A DNA stretch of 64,000 nt from Octopus vulgaris (GCA_951406725.2 OX597817.1:147808001-147872000), one strand, 5' to 3'. Counted from the first letter of the stretch, positions 23,941 through 36,907 are shown. Notes: generated by a model from the letters alone, not told the origin. Numbers and translations: made by a program.

Positions 23941-24382
23941 TATATAAGAGAGATGACCAATAAGAGGACATCCATTATGCTAGATGTAGACCCCATATGG
24001 TCTGACTACTAAGAAAAAAATTGTTCTCAAGAAAATTCAACAATCGCCAGAACGTAAGCGAGCAAGACAAATGAAAAGATAAATATATAAAGATTAATCA
24101 CAAACCCAATTTCATTGTTACCACTTACGTAATACTTATGTAAATGTCCGCAAATCATCAGTGTGATCGTCATAGCAAAATATAATATGCAGAACTATAC
24201 GTAAGTGGTAACAATGAAACTGGGTTTGTGATTAATCTTTATATTTTTTATCTTTTCATTTGTCTTGCTCGCTTACGTTCTGGCGTGTGCTGAATTTTCT
24301 TGAGAACAATGTTTTCTTAGCGCTCAGACCATATGGGGACTACATCTAGCATAATGGATGTCCACTTGGTGGTCATCACTCT

Positions 24383-24388
<6 letters not shown>
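23941..24388. repeat. Long inverted repeat of pLTR-like units (~190-bp arms, ~66-bp spacer)
   Basis: 23941-24131 is the near reverse complement of 24198-24388. The same family occurs at 28480-28620. Confidence 0.9.
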
Positions 24389-24413
<25 letters not shown>

Positions 24414-24974
24414 GCGTGTGTGCGTGTGTGTGTGCGTGCGTATGTGTGTGTGTATGCGTGCGTGCGTGCGTGCGTGCGTGTGTGTGTGTGTGTGTGTGTG
24501 TGTTAACACACGAGAGAGAAAGCAGGCAGTAAAGAAGAATAGAAAGATAAATATGTGGCGATAAAGATATCAGCAATGATATGCTGAAACATGAGCCAAT
24601 CTCCATTATGACGGAACAGAATGATAGTTTTAAGAGTCTGAGAGGACCACATGCTATATGATACTCTAATTTAACTGGCTTGAATAAGTAATTTGTAGAG
24701 ATATATTTCAAGTGTGTATAGAAAAGAAATGAAATAGCAGGCAGCAGTTTAGATCGAGACTTGATTACAAGTACGGAAAAAATGTCATACTGATTTTATT
24801 AGCAGTACCGCTATTGAAAATGGTTTACAGTCTGACTTTAAATTATTTTAGACGTATGACAAACTTTCAGAAGTAAGCGCCATTTCAAATTACTGTTGTA
24901 ATCGAATGTAGATTTCCATTATATGCGTGATTTACTGCAATATCCGAACTGACCGTAATAGAGCATGCCAATTT

Positions 24975-25835
24975 TTGTATTCACTTGGTGTCAGCATAGG
25001 GCATCCTGAGACGAGATGGTCTATTGTTTCAGGAAACGTGTCGCAGAATCTACATTTAGGGTCAGAGCCGTTTTGAAGAACGTTAGCCTGGTAGTTTTTT
25101 GTAGGCAAGCTTTGATCTTGTGCTGCCAGTATGAGACCTTCAGTCTCTGCTTTCAGTCCTGAACTTCTCAGTCATTGATGACTTGTTGCCTGGTCTACAT
25201 CAGCGTTTCAACTTCGAAGTATTTACTATCAATGCAGAGGCTTCTCGATCCACCGCTCCTCAATTTGTTTCTGCCCGTTCTTTTTTGCAGTCTGCTTCAT
25301 CCGTTTTCCTTGTTTTGTGGTTGCAGGCTCTTGATATATTTCAAGGATGATGCCAAGTTCCCTTGGAAATTTGCAAGCTTCCTTGACAATCGAATGTGAA
25401 ATTTTGCTGCCTTCGCGTTTGCACACAAACCGCAGCATCCAGTCCTCTAGACTAGATAAGTACTTGTTGATTGCTATTGGGGAGGTCTTATAGCACAGTT
25501 CTACCTGCATCATTCCTCTTCCCCCATTACTTCTAGGTAGGTACAGACGATCAACGTCTGCGTTTGGGTGGTGCATGTTAGTAGTTTATTTGACTTCCTG
25601 TCCAGGTTTTGGAGTTCTGTAAGATTCCAGTTAATGATGTTAAAGCAATATTGGACTACTAAAACTGTCAAGGTGTTAATGACTTCGATGCGATCTTCGC
25701 AGTTGAGTTCAGTTTTTAGTATGAGTCTTATTCTCCTGTAATACTCCTTTCTTATTCTTTCCATCATAGTAGCATGTTTTATACCATCCCCTTCGTTTAT
25801 CCCCAGGTATTTGTAATTTTCTGATGGGTCAAGCC
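24975..25835 (-). mobile_element. R4/Dong-clade non-LTR retrotransposon fragment (RT end to CCHC finger)
   Basis: YKYLGINEG..KEYYRRIRLILKTELN..INWNLTELQNLDRK..MHHPNADVDRLYLPRSNGGRG..LKAETEGLILAAQDQSL..CRFCDTFPETIDHLVSGCPML. Confidence 0.9.
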
Positions 25836-26020
25836 GCGTACCTTCACTGCACCACCGAATGTAGTTCTCTGTGCTTTGGATATGAGCTGTGGCTTATTGT
25901 GGTGTTTTAATTTTCACTGTATTGAAAATGCTTTACGTAAGATCTGTGCGGTGGCTAGTAGTGTTATTTTCTGTATCTTATATGCACTTATAATTCCTGG
26001 TGTTTATGTATTTGTCTGAA
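25836..26020 (-). mobile_element. R4/Dong ORF C-terminus + 3' UTR
   Basis: The minus strand encodes PGIISAYKIQKITLLATAQILRKAFSIQ*, typical of an R4/Dong ending. Confidence 0.65.
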
Positions 26021-26779
26021 TGTTTTAATTATTCTTATTTGGTGTCGAAACTAAATTTCTTGAGAAGCATCGCCTTCGAACTGGGAGGCGGTTGAGATGT
26101 GTCGATGTATGCGAATAACATCACGCCCAGGGTGTCAATCACCGCTGAAATGCACGTTGTCGATTCTGTTTTAAAGAAATACAAGGCGATGGCAAGAGTT
26201 AAGATAAATCTGAATAATAAGTTAGCCGGCTGCTCGGCAACTGGAGGGGCATGACTATGCTAACAAGCATTGTAGATGGTCGACGGACAGATGGACTAGT
26301 GAAATTGCACAGTGTCTGGTTTGGCTCAGACATTCAGATGAGCAAAAACTGCTCAGAAAATTATCCCTGAATGGTCAAGGCGAACGGGAGCGTTCACTTT
26401 TCCTCTTTCTCTGGAAAGAACGCGTTTGCACTGGTCAGGCGGTCGATCTTTTGCCAGCACCTTTTGTTACCATGACGACTAATGCTCAGACAGGTGTTGT
26501 AGCTACGCCACTTACAAATTTTCTTGGACGGTGAGCCGGTGTGATCTCCGTTCGTAAAACATGCTTTTCCACGTACACACGCACACACACATTGATTGGT
26601 TAATTGAAATGCATGTTCCCCCTTAACTTTTAGTAAATATGAAACACATGCCATACATAATTGAATACATAGCAAACAGACACACACGTACATATGAACA
26701 TAATATTTACATGGTCAGTTAAATTATCTATATATGCATACACATATATAAATGCATGCATGCACACATACGGCCTTTA

Positions 26780-26970
26780 TTTATTACTGTTTTTAGTTTG
26801 GGTTGCGGCCATGTTGGGGCACCGCCTTCAAGGGTTTAGTCGGACAAATCGAGTGAGCAAATTTTATGCTGGTATTAGTTCTGTCGGTCTCTTTTGCTGA
26901 ACAACTCGAGTTATGTGAATATAAACAAACCAACACCGGTTGTCAAGTGTTGGTACTAGACAAACACACA
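26780..26970 (-). mobile_element. SINE family A, degenerate 3' half
   Basis: TGCGGCCATGTTGGGGCACCGCC...TCGGTCTCTTTTGCTGAAC...CACCGGTTGTCAAG. Confidence 0.65.
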
Positions 26971-27186
26971 GAGGACGATGTAATCGACTCATCCCTTCCA
27001 CCAAGACTCCGGCCGTTGTTGTTTTAATTTGAAACAGTTATATAAATTAATCTCGTAAATACGACGCGAATTTTACATCGCACGTTCACACTTTACGTTC
27101 CTCAATATATTTATAATTTTATGTGATACACTATGTTGCTTTTTTTGTGTGTATATGATGTCTTGGGTGTAAGTTCGCGCAGACGT

Positions 27187-27855
27187 AGGCAGGCATGGCT
27201 GTGTAGTAAGAAGCTTGCTTCCCAACCATATGATTTCGTGTTCAGTCTTATAGCGTGGCACACTAGGTACGTGTCTTCTTCTATAGCCTCGCGCCAACCA
27301 AAGCCTTGTGAGTGAATCTGGTAGACAGAAACTTAAAGATGTCCTTCGTATATATGTGTATATATATATATATATTTGTTCCTTCTTAAGCCATGCGTGG
27401 CACACAGGGCCGGTTTCCCGGTTTCCTTGGCGTATAAGTTCCTCACCTGGACGGGATGCCGGTCCGTCGCAGGTGAGCTAAGTGATGCAGGAGGAAAGAG
27501 TGAGAGAAAGTTGTGGCGAAAGAGTCAGCAGAAGTTCGCCACTACCCTCTGCCGGAGCCGCGTGGAGCTAAGGTGTTTCCCTCATAAACTCACACATCGC
27601 CCGGTCTGATGTTCGAATTCGCGATCCCTCGCCCGCTAGTCCGCTGCACTAACCATTATGACTGACTGTCTGAGTTTATCCCCCTACCATCGCTTGACAA
27701 CAAATGTATTGGATACATCGCCGTACTTAGCATCTCCGATAAAATAAGTACTAAGCTTATCAAGAATAAGTCCTGGACTCGATTCGTTCGAATAAAGGCG
27801 ATGCTCCAGCATGGCCGCAGTCAAATGACTGAAACAAATAAAAGAATAAAAGAAT
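27187..27855 (+). mobile_element. SINE family A split by a family C insertion
   Basis: 5' half at 27187-27350 and 3' half at ~27665-27855, separated at the internal TA tract. Confidence 0.75.
27377..27660 (-). mobile_element. SINE family C with tail type 1
   Basis: The reverse complement matches 48918-49200. Confidence 0.85.
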
Positions 27856-27989
27856 GTTTGATATTCTATCCACCATAATAAATCCTAATCTTTACATACA
27901 CCAAGACTTCAATTATAACCAAGTTTTCATTATTGCATGTAACTGTTATTAACCGTTTTTATTGGTTATATTTTATTTCCTGTTAGATT

Positions 27990-28105
27990 TCTTGCTGCAT
28001 GCTTGCTCAAAACAGTTAATGAGCCTTTGGAGGGCTTCTTCTGTGTGTGTTACCAGAGCGGCATCATCAGCAAATAAAATCTCCTTGATCAGGACGTTTC
28101 TGATT
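27990..28105 (-). mobile_element. RTE-clade RT fragment
   Basis: LIKEILFADDAALVTHTEEALQRLINCFEQACSK contains the catalytic xADD motif in an RTE context. Confidence 0.8.
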
Positions 28106-28479
28106 AGCAGTATACGAAATACTGTGCAATAAGCGGTATTATTGGCTTTTCTGTGCAACATTTTTATTCATAAGTGACTGCCCGAATACGTTTCTATAGA
28201 ATTATTTCCAAAGATAAGGCTTGTTCTTTTAAACCAATTATTTTAGCTGCTATTTAGACTTGAACATTCAAAGATTCACTATCGACATTTCGCAGTCAGT
28301 TATGTATTAATCATCCGATATTCACATAATATTGAGGCAAATATTAGTTTAATATTGGTGTAGGTAGATGTGCACACGCGTATTTGTCTCTTCGAGTGTT
28401 TTCATGCGTATGCATGTGTGTATGTGTATGCGTGCATGTATACACTCATTATATATATAATAAAATATATGTGTATATT

Positions 28480-28620
28480 TAGGGATAAACCACTAGGTAG
28501 ATAACCATTACGCTAGAAGAAGATCACATACGATCTAACTACCAAGAAAAGAATGTTCTCCAGAGAAAATTCAGCAAACACCAGAACATAAGCGGGTAAG
28601 ACAGATTAAAATTTTAAAAT
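28480..28620 (-). mobile_element. pLTR-like repeat fragment (same family as the 23941-24388 arms)
   Basis: CCATTACGCTAGAAGAAGA...CTACCAAGAAAAGAATGTTCTC...AAAATTCAGCAAACACCAGAACATAAGCG. Confidence 0.7.
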
Positions 28621-28893
28621 AGTATAATAAAATATATGCATTTATCTAAACTCAAGATCTTCTCTATCTCTGACTCCGTCGCTCTCTCTCTCTCTCTCGC
28701 TCTCTCTCTCTTTCTTGTGTTTACAATTAGCTATACGTCTACTACTATATGCGTTACAACTCACGTTAGGTATCATGTAGAAAACATTCAGCTGTAATTT
28801 GTCGTATTACTAGTTATGTCATACAGAGTATATATGTATGCTCATATGCATATATATATATATGCATATACATACATACACAAACAGACACAC

Positions 28894-28928
<35 letters not shown>

Positions 28929-28940
28929 TATATATACATA

Positions 28941-29014
<74 letters not shown>

Positions 29015-29021
<7 letters not shown>

Positions 29022-29386
29022 GGCAGTTTGTCTGTGCGTGTTTCTGTGTGTCTGTTTGCTTGTACCCTCACCCTGACCACAGCTTTCAACCGATTCTGAT
29101 GAAACTTGACACACACACATAGCCCAATGTCAATTCAAAACTAACGCAGCGAAAATTTTGAAAAGTTCCCCCAGTTCTGAAAAAATCGATAAATTCGACA
29201 TGGGGTCGAGAATCAGAAACACAAACCATAAACTGTCTAGGGGACGCAACTCCACCTTTTTTAAATCTCAAAAAAAATTTACCATCATTTTTTTCCATTT
29301 TTTTGCTATTTTTTGGCTATAACTCTCTAAAAATTCTTTATAGTTATTTCCCTTACAAACCTGAGCAACGCCGGGCGATACTGCTA

Positions 29387-29387
<1 letters not shown>
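29015..29387 (+). mobile_element. Non-autonomous Helitron
   Basis: The 5' end is embedded in (TA)n. Contains the CAACCGATTCTGATGAAACTT core and a 3' imperfect hairpin CCTGAGCAACGCCGGG followed by CTAG|T. Confidence 0.8.
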
Positions 29388-29414
<27 letters not shown>

Positions 29415-29420
<6 letters not shown>

Positions 29421-29605
29421 GGAGAATTCACGAAAAAACACAAGACGAAGACAGGTGGTGTAGAAAACAAACAGAGGTATTAGTATAACGCTCGGGAATT
29501 GAAAAAAGTCTTTTACGTTTCGAGCCTACGCTTTTCCACAGAAAGGAACACAGAAAGAAACAAGGAGAAAACAATGTGTGTAGTGGCTACCGATCTATCA
29601 TGGCG
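29415..29605 (-). mobile_element. PLE pLTR-like repeat with variant hammerhead (29510-29545)
   Basis: Minus strand reads CTTT-CTGTGGA-AAAGCgtagGCTC-GAAACGTA-AAAG. Confidence 0.65.
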
Positions 29606-29739
29606 ACTCTTTACTATATATATATATGTATACACACACGCACAAACACACACACACACAAATATATATACTGGTGGTGCCTCGGCATGGCCATATTCTC
29701 AAAGCTGAAACATGTAAAAGAATATATATATATATTTAT

Positions 29740-30400
29740 ATAGTTGAAATTTACAAAAAAAAAATAAAAGACGAAGACAGGTGTATAAACAACAAGCAAA
29801 TGTAATCGTTTGACACTCTGGAAGGTGCGAAAGTATTTTACGTTTCGAGCCTACGCTCTTCAATATAAAGAAACTCAGAAAGTATAAAAATTTTGGATTT
29901 AGCGGTTAGTCATGGCGACTGGCTGGACAAAGGTAGTTAGACAGGAAAGCCAGGTAGTTAGAAGGGGAGAAAATAGAGTATTGGTGATCCCAAAACGAAG
30001 GTGTGTATGTGTGTATGTGTGAGTGTGTGTGCGCGTGTGGAGAGGGGCTGGTGACTTTGACGTGTGAATGTGTTCGTGTGTAAGTGTGTGCGTCTATAAT
30101 GTGTGGTTGTGTGGATAATGGTGTGGGTGCTGGGAAGTGGTCAGTGCTAGTGCGTGCGGGGTGGTGTGATGTGGTGTGGTGTGGCGTGATGTTGTGTGAT
30201 GTGGCGGTGTTGGGGTGTGGGGATGAGAGGATGGTGTGTGGGTTTGGGGTGAGAATATGGGGTAGGGGTGGTTCTGTGGGAGTGATATGTGTGGGGTGTG
30301 GGAAGAAGGGGTATTGGTGAAAGGTGATGGGAAGAAGCGAGGAGTGGAAGTAGACGTGAGATGAAGAGGGGAGGGGAATTAAACCCATGTGCATTTACTT
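29740..30400 (-). mobile_element. 3' end of a PLE (possibly Neptune-like): ORF tail, C/A-rich UTR, pLTR
   Basis: AHGFNSP near 30375-30395 resembles the PxGLN end of a PLE GIY-YIG domain; hammerhead-like motif at 29835-29870; homologous to 15735 and 29415. Confidence 0.55.
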
Positions 30401-30899
30401 TGCATTGTTTTGGCCTTACCCACGATCCTTTATACAATATATTCTACACAGTGCTTCATGGTAATTATTCTATTATATATATATATATATGAATTTTTTG
30501 CGTAATGAGATAAAAAAAACCAAGGCTGTATAGATATTAGAGCATTTATAGATAGGTCTTACATATATATATATATATTACATATATATATATACATGAA
30601 GGGTGGGAGAGGGAGACAGAAAGGGAGAGAGAGAGAGAGAGAGAGATGAGTGAATATATATATGTGTATATACATCCACTCATTTATGTAATATCTATAG
30701 GTGTGGTTGTTTTGAAGAAAAAATTTGGTTGGCAAAATGATTTTTTTTTATATTCCGAAATATATCTGTAGCTGTTGCTAAACTGTAATTACCAAACTAA
30801 TTACCATTAACATTAATTGCGTTGATAATTCCATTGAAAGATGAATGCATACAGTATACATAATCTTCAGTGTCATCGATAGATGTGTAGATGTTTGCT

Positions 30900-31103
30900 T
30901 GCATTGGAGACTACACTGGTACCCGCGCGAGAGGAAACGACCACCCGGAAGACCTCCACGACGGTGGAGTTACGATTTCAGGAGGACGATTGGGATCACG
31001 TGGATGAGAAAGGCGCGATGCAGAGAGGAATGGACAACGTGCTGTGACCAGCGGTGTCAAATAGACGCCTGACGGACAGGTCGGTCAAGGTGATCAAGGT
31101 GAT
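30900..31103 (+). mobile_element. RTE LINE 3' end
   Basis: WYPRERKRPPGRPPRRWSYDFRRTIGITWMRKARCREEW, followed by a (TCAAGGTGA)2 tail. Confidence 0.85.
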
Positions 31104-31608
31104 ATGTATTCCCAAAGACAATACGTGCTTATACCTGTCTCGTCTCATAAGCTTGTCCTCTTAGCGTTCATAATAATTTTTCTACCGTCTTGGTTTAACG
31201 GTCCTCATCGTTAGTTTTTACTGTCTTGTTCTCACTGTCCTGTTCTTGTTACCACTTCCAACCTCCGCAAAAAATCCAAATTTTATTTAGTTGGCTTTGC
31301 TGGAAGGACTGTTTCAACGAAGTCGTGTATCATACTTACCTTCGAGACGCAGAATAGATGAAACAGGGACAACTGATGAAGGGGAATATTCTTTATGCTG
31401 CATGTCTCGTTTCTATGTTTGTGCTTTTCGTTGTTCGAAAAAAAGTTCGTTTTCTATGTTTTTGTTTTTGTTTTCGTTTCTCATTGTGTTCAACGTTTTT
31501 TTGATGCCCTGTACCTATATATTCATATATATATAGATATATATGTAGGTATGTACACATATATATATATGCATATATTTATATTATATTATACACACAC
31601 GCACACAC

Positions 31609-31645
<37 letters not shown>

Positions 31646-31649
31646 AACT

Positions 31650-31880
31650 GGTTTCAAATTTTGGTACATAACCAGCCAATTCGGTTAAGGGGTAAGTCGA
31701 TTGCATCGAGTGCACAGTTTAGCTGGTACTTATTTTCCTTGACCCCGAAAGGATGAAACACAAAGTCAACCTCGGCGAAATTTCAAATTGGAGAAGGTAA
31801 AGACGGACGAAATACCGCTAAGCATTTTGGCATAAGGTCAGAAAATTCGGGGTCGGAGGTAAGTCGACCCTCAGTGCTCA
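31650..31880 (-). mobile_element. SINE family B, degenerate
   Basis: CTGGTACTTATTTT..GACCCCGAAAGGATGAAA..AAAGTCAACCTCGGC. Confidence 0.7.
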
Positions 31881-32029
31881 ACACCGCAACGAACCAGTGT
31901 CCTATTCACAGCTGTGTTGGGATTTTAATCATCTATACACCATGCAAATCGGGTATACAATTTTAGGAATCCTAGTGACCATTATGTATACATTTATAAA
32001 TATATAGGCATAATATTAATTCTTATACT

Positions 32030-32440
32030 GTTTACTCTCTCTTTTACTCTTTTACTTGTTTCAGTCATTTGACTACGACCATGCTGGAGCACCACCTTTA
32101 GTCGAGCAAATCGACCCCAGGACTGATTCTTTGGAAGCCTAGTACTTATTCTATTGGTCTATTTTGCCGAACCGCTAAGTTACGGGCACCTAAACACCAC
32201 CATCGATTGTCAAGCGATGTTGGGTGGGACAGAAACAGACACACTAACGTATACACATACAAATATATACATATATACGACAGGCTTCTTCCAGTTTCCG
32301 TCAACCAAATCGACGCATATGGCTTTGGTCGGCCCGAAGCTATAGTAAAAGACACTTGCCCAAGGAGACGAGCAGTGGGACTGAAATCGGAACCATGTGG
32401 TTCGTAAGCAAACTACTTACCACACAGCCAATCCTGCGTC
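32030..32440 (-). mobile_element. SINE family A, full length
   Basis: Colinear with 6040-6453. Confidence 0.9.
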
Positions 32441-33204
32441 TTATAGCTAATATTTACTACAATATTAGGCAGCGAGCAGGAAAAATGCTTAACGCCATTT
32501 TCTCTTCTTTGCGCTCCGAGTTCAAATTCCTCAAATTTACTGGCCTGGTGCCAAACTTTGAAATCAATGTATTTAAGGAATATATGACATAATATATATC
32601 AAACTTAAGATGCTGGTCGTTGAGAAACATATGTGAAGCTGTATTTCAGCAAGTGGGAATATTAAAACTGTCCCGTAAACGATGGAAAACATTAATCAAT
32701 GTCACGTATTATTTATTGTAAAATATGTCTTGCATTTTTATTCGAAGGATGTTTGTATTTAAACTGTTATGGCTGTCAGTTAATAACAATTTAAAAAAAA
32801 AAGTTCGTGTAATTATTGTTAAACAAATATTATAATTAATTTACTATTTTTTTATGATTCAATCTAGACACTGTTACGTTGCAGCATGCCAGAAGTATTG
32901 ATGGATTATGTGTCGCTTTGTGTATTATAAAATTCTATTAATTAAACATGATTTAAATAGACTTTTGCTTCCATTTATTCCCTGCTATGTAAGATGCATC
33001 TGAAAGAAGTGTTATCTAGTTATCTATTTAATATTAAACATTAGCTTTCTCTGCGTCAAGCAGTTTAGAAACATATCTGCTGTTTAAAATATAGACGCTT
33101 ATTCAAGAGAGATATCGCGTGATCGGGAGCTAAAAAAATTCTATTCACATAAATAATATATCCTGATGGCACATATATACATAACGATGGCAATAGAACA
33201 AGCA

Positions 33205-33718
33205 TTTTTCTACTCTAGGCACAAGTCCTGAAATTTTGGGGAGGGGGCCAATCGATTAGATCGACCTCAGCACGCAACTGGTACTTAATTTATCAAACCC
33301 GAAAGGCTGGAACGCAAAGTCGACGTCGGGGGAATTTGAACTCAGAACATGAAGACAGACGAAATATCTATTTCTTTACTACCCACAAGGGTCTAAACAC
33401 AGAGGAGACAAACAAAGACAGACAGACGGATTAAGTCGAGTATATCGCCCCTAGTGCTTAACTGGTACTTAATTTATCGACCCCGAAAGGAGGAAAGGCA
33501 AAGTCGACCTCGGCGGAATTTGAACTCAGAACATGACGACAGACGAAATATCTATTTCTTTACTTCCCACAAGGGGCTATACACAGAGGGGCCAAACAAG
33601 GACAGACAAACGGATTAAGTTGATTATATCGACCCCAGTGCGTAACTGGTACTTGCTTAATCGACCCCGAAAAGATGAAAGGCTAAGTCAACCTCAGCGG
33701 AATTTGAACGCAGAACAT
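33205..33718 (-). mobile_element. SINE family B, tandem trimer of partial units
   Basis: Three repeats of AACTGGTACTT..GACCCCGAAAGG..AAAGTCGACCTCGGCGGAATTTGAAC. Confidence 0.85.
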
Positions 33719-35392
33719 GCCTTAATGGAACATGCTGTCGTTATCCGGTTTAGCGCCAGACACATTCGCTTGTGTGTACTTCTAGCAGAGTCCACTCTGT
33801 TGCAAGATGCAGGAAAGATATCCTACTGAGCAACCCTTCTCATCAGAGTCAGAGGCCCCATGAAAGTCGCTGGCTTTCTTCCTCCAACAAAGAAAGCTAC
33901 TAAGTATAGGTCCAGTAATAATGGGGTTTGCCTGAGTGATAACAGCTATGATGATAACACGAACATTTTACAAATTGAAAATCCATCTTAGTAGCAGAAT
34001 GATATATAATTTTAGTAAATTCAAAATATGCAGTTGCATAATGAAGCTGGAAGTACACTCTATTAGATTCTGTTATTGCATCGAATGTCTACTTTTTTGT
34101 TCGAACTGTTACACCCCACGAAACTCAATTTTACATCTTCCTCTAAAATCTGGGGCTGGATAACTTATCGAAAGGAAATCAATCTAATGTATAAAACCAC
34201 TGTTGGTGTTTAAATTGTAACAGTATTGCATAAAAGCTTTGCATGGTAAAAAAAAAAGAAAAGAAGCATGTAAAAATACTTATTAACATTATAAGTATTA
34301 CCTCCATACCTAAACCACGACTAAGATAAGAATGAGAAAAACATTCTCGACTATTCTGTTTACATTTATCAAATGTTAATAGTAAAAGTTAGGAAACACT
34401 ACGAGAAAAATAGCTGGCTTTATTCTCTCGTCTATATTATAGGAGAAATAATATGAGATGAGTATCACGTCTTGAGTAAAGAATAAATATTGGGCTTTAA
34501 GGCAAAAGTTGTACAATGATATATGCTCTAACTTTAATTATATCTGTTTTAAACACCAATACGTGCATTTCTCTTCGATTTTTCGTATGATACCGCTGTC
34601 TTGAATATCTAATATGTACAATATGAGAAAAGAAAGTAAAAAACAAAGTGAAATACTTTATCAAGTTCTCAATCGATTTTATTTATATACGTATTCTTCA
34701 AGAATACTACATACAGCATTTGCATTTGGATCCTTTGTTCCAAAAATATACTAGACATTTTCGCTCGCAGAAATCTCCGTGGAATAGTTTACTATATCCA
34801 TATTATTCTCAATATCTCCGTTTCCCTTCCTTTTCACTCTCTCTCTCTCTCTCATTGCCTGTCATCTCTCTTTCACCCTCTGTTATTCGATCACTTTTTC
34901 ATTTTATATTAATTTAACAATTATCTGCGTATTAAATACTGCCTTACCAAAGTAGATAAAGAAAAATACACTTGAATGTTCAGCTAATCATATTAATAAT
35001 GTGCGATTATATTCAGATAATGTTGTACAACTCTTCATAATTACAATCCTCTTTAATTTTTTTCTTTTACTTATTATTAAGCATTTTAACTCAATGCCTT
35101 ATTCTAATTAATTTATCTTTAATTTCGTGAATATGTTTTCGATGTCCTGTCTATATTACTGATTTCAAACTTTGGTACGAGGTCAGCAATTTTGAGGGAA
35201 GGAGTAAGTACTCACCTAATTTTTATCGATTATTTTATCGATCCGGGAAGGACGAAACGCAAAGGCAACCTCACCTCCTAAAGTCGGAGGAAAAGTTATC
35301 AAGCATTTTTTCGGGTGCAGTAGCGATTCTGCCAGTTCCCCGCCCTTATTCTACCTAGGTTTTTTTTTAATGTCAATGTCTTGAAATAATTA

Positions 35393-35608
35393 ACTCTTTT
35401 ACTCTTTTAATTGTTTCAGTCATTTGACTGTGGCCATGCTGGAGTACTGCCTTTAGTCGAGCAAATCGACCTCAGGACTTATTCTTTGTAAGCCTAGTAC
35501 TTATATTATCGGTCTCTTTTGTTAAACCGCTCAGTTACGGGGACATAAACACACCAGCATCGGTTGTCAAGCGATGCTGGGGGGACAAACACAAACACAC
35601 AAACATAT

Positions 35609-35640
<32 letters not shown>

Positions 35641-35822
35641 CAATATATATATATATATACATATATAAGACGGGCTTCTTTCAGTTTCCGTCTACCAAAT
35701 CCACTCACAAAGCTTTGGTCAGCCCGAGGCTATAATAGAAGGCACTTGCCCAAGGTGCTACACTGTGGGACTGAACCTGGAACCATGTGGTTGGTAAGCA
35801 AGTTACTTACCACAGAGCAACT
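35393..35822 (-). mobile_element. SINE family A, full length
   Basis: Colinear with 6040-6453. Confidence 0.9.
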
Positions 35823-36107
35823 ACGAAGATTTTACTTTGACTCATATTTAAAAAAGCAACGTCCACACTTTTCCTTCACCCGCTTTTTGCTGTTGTTGAA
35901 ATATTAGGATATTTTCCTTTTCCCCCCAGCTAAAAACCTTTATTAAAACCCGGAGGAGTTCTCGCGTTACTATGTTTTCTTTCAGAATGATCAGTCACTC
36001 ACACAAGACCTGTTGTTGAAGCAGCCTTTGACGAGAATAAGGAAATTTAAAATTATTATTTTGTCAAAGCAAACATGTTAAAATATATATATATACGTAT
36101 TGTAAAA

Positions 36108-36492
36108 TTCGTGGCACTCCATCGATTACGACGACGAGTGTTCCAGCTGATCCGATCAATAGAACAGCCTGCTCGTGAAATTCACGTACAAGTGGCTGAG
36201 CACTTCACAGAAACGTGTACCCTTAACGTAGTTCTCAGGGAGATTCAGCATGACACAGAGTGTGACAAGACTGAACCTTGGAAATACAGGTACAACAGAA
36301 ACATGAAGAAAGATTGAGAGAAAGCTGTGGGGAAACAGTACCACAGAGTTCGCCACTACCCCCTGCCGGAGCCTCCTGGAGTTTTAGGTGTTTTCGCTCA
36401 ATAAACACTCACATTGCCCGGTCTCGGAATCGAAACCGCGATCCTACAACCGCGAGTCCGTTGCCCTAACCACTGGGCCATTGTGCTTCCAC
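36108..36492 (-). mobile_element. SINE family C with tail type 2
   Basis: tRNA-like head GTGGAAGCACAATGGCCCAGTGGTTAGGGCAACGGACTCGCGG..GGTTTCGATTCC; tail shared with 5688-5835. Confidence 0.85.
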
Positions 36493-36562
36493 ATTGTAAA
36501 ATATATAGTGTTTAAATACTACAGCCGTCATATAATATTGATGATGATAATGATATTGATAA

Positions 36563-36907
36563 AGGCGGCGAGCTAGCAGAAACGTTAGCACGCTGGGCGA
36601 AATTCGTAGCCGTATTCCGTCTGCCGTTACGTTCTGAGTTCAAATTCCGCCGAGGTCGAGTTTGCCTTTCATCCTTTCGGGGTCGACAAATTAAGTACCA
36701 GTTACGCACTGGGGTCGATATAATCGACTTAATCCGTTTGTCTGTCTTTGTTTGTCCACTCTATGTTTAGCCCCTTGTGGGCAGTAAAGAAAGAAGAAAA
36801 ATTAAGTACCAGTTACGCATTGGGGTCGATATAATCGACTTAATCCTTTTGTCTCTCATTGTTTTCCTCTCTGTGTTTAGCCCCGTGTGGGTAGTAAAGA
36901 AATAGGA
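36563..36907 (+). mobile_element. SINE family B with a duplicated 3' half
   Basis: A full unit followed by a second AAATTAAGTACCAG...GTAAAGAAATAGG segment. Confidence 0.88.

Noticed and set aside
31365-31420. CTGATGAAGGGG in a pLTR-like context
   Set aside because: No downstream GAAA or stem III, so at most a broken relic.
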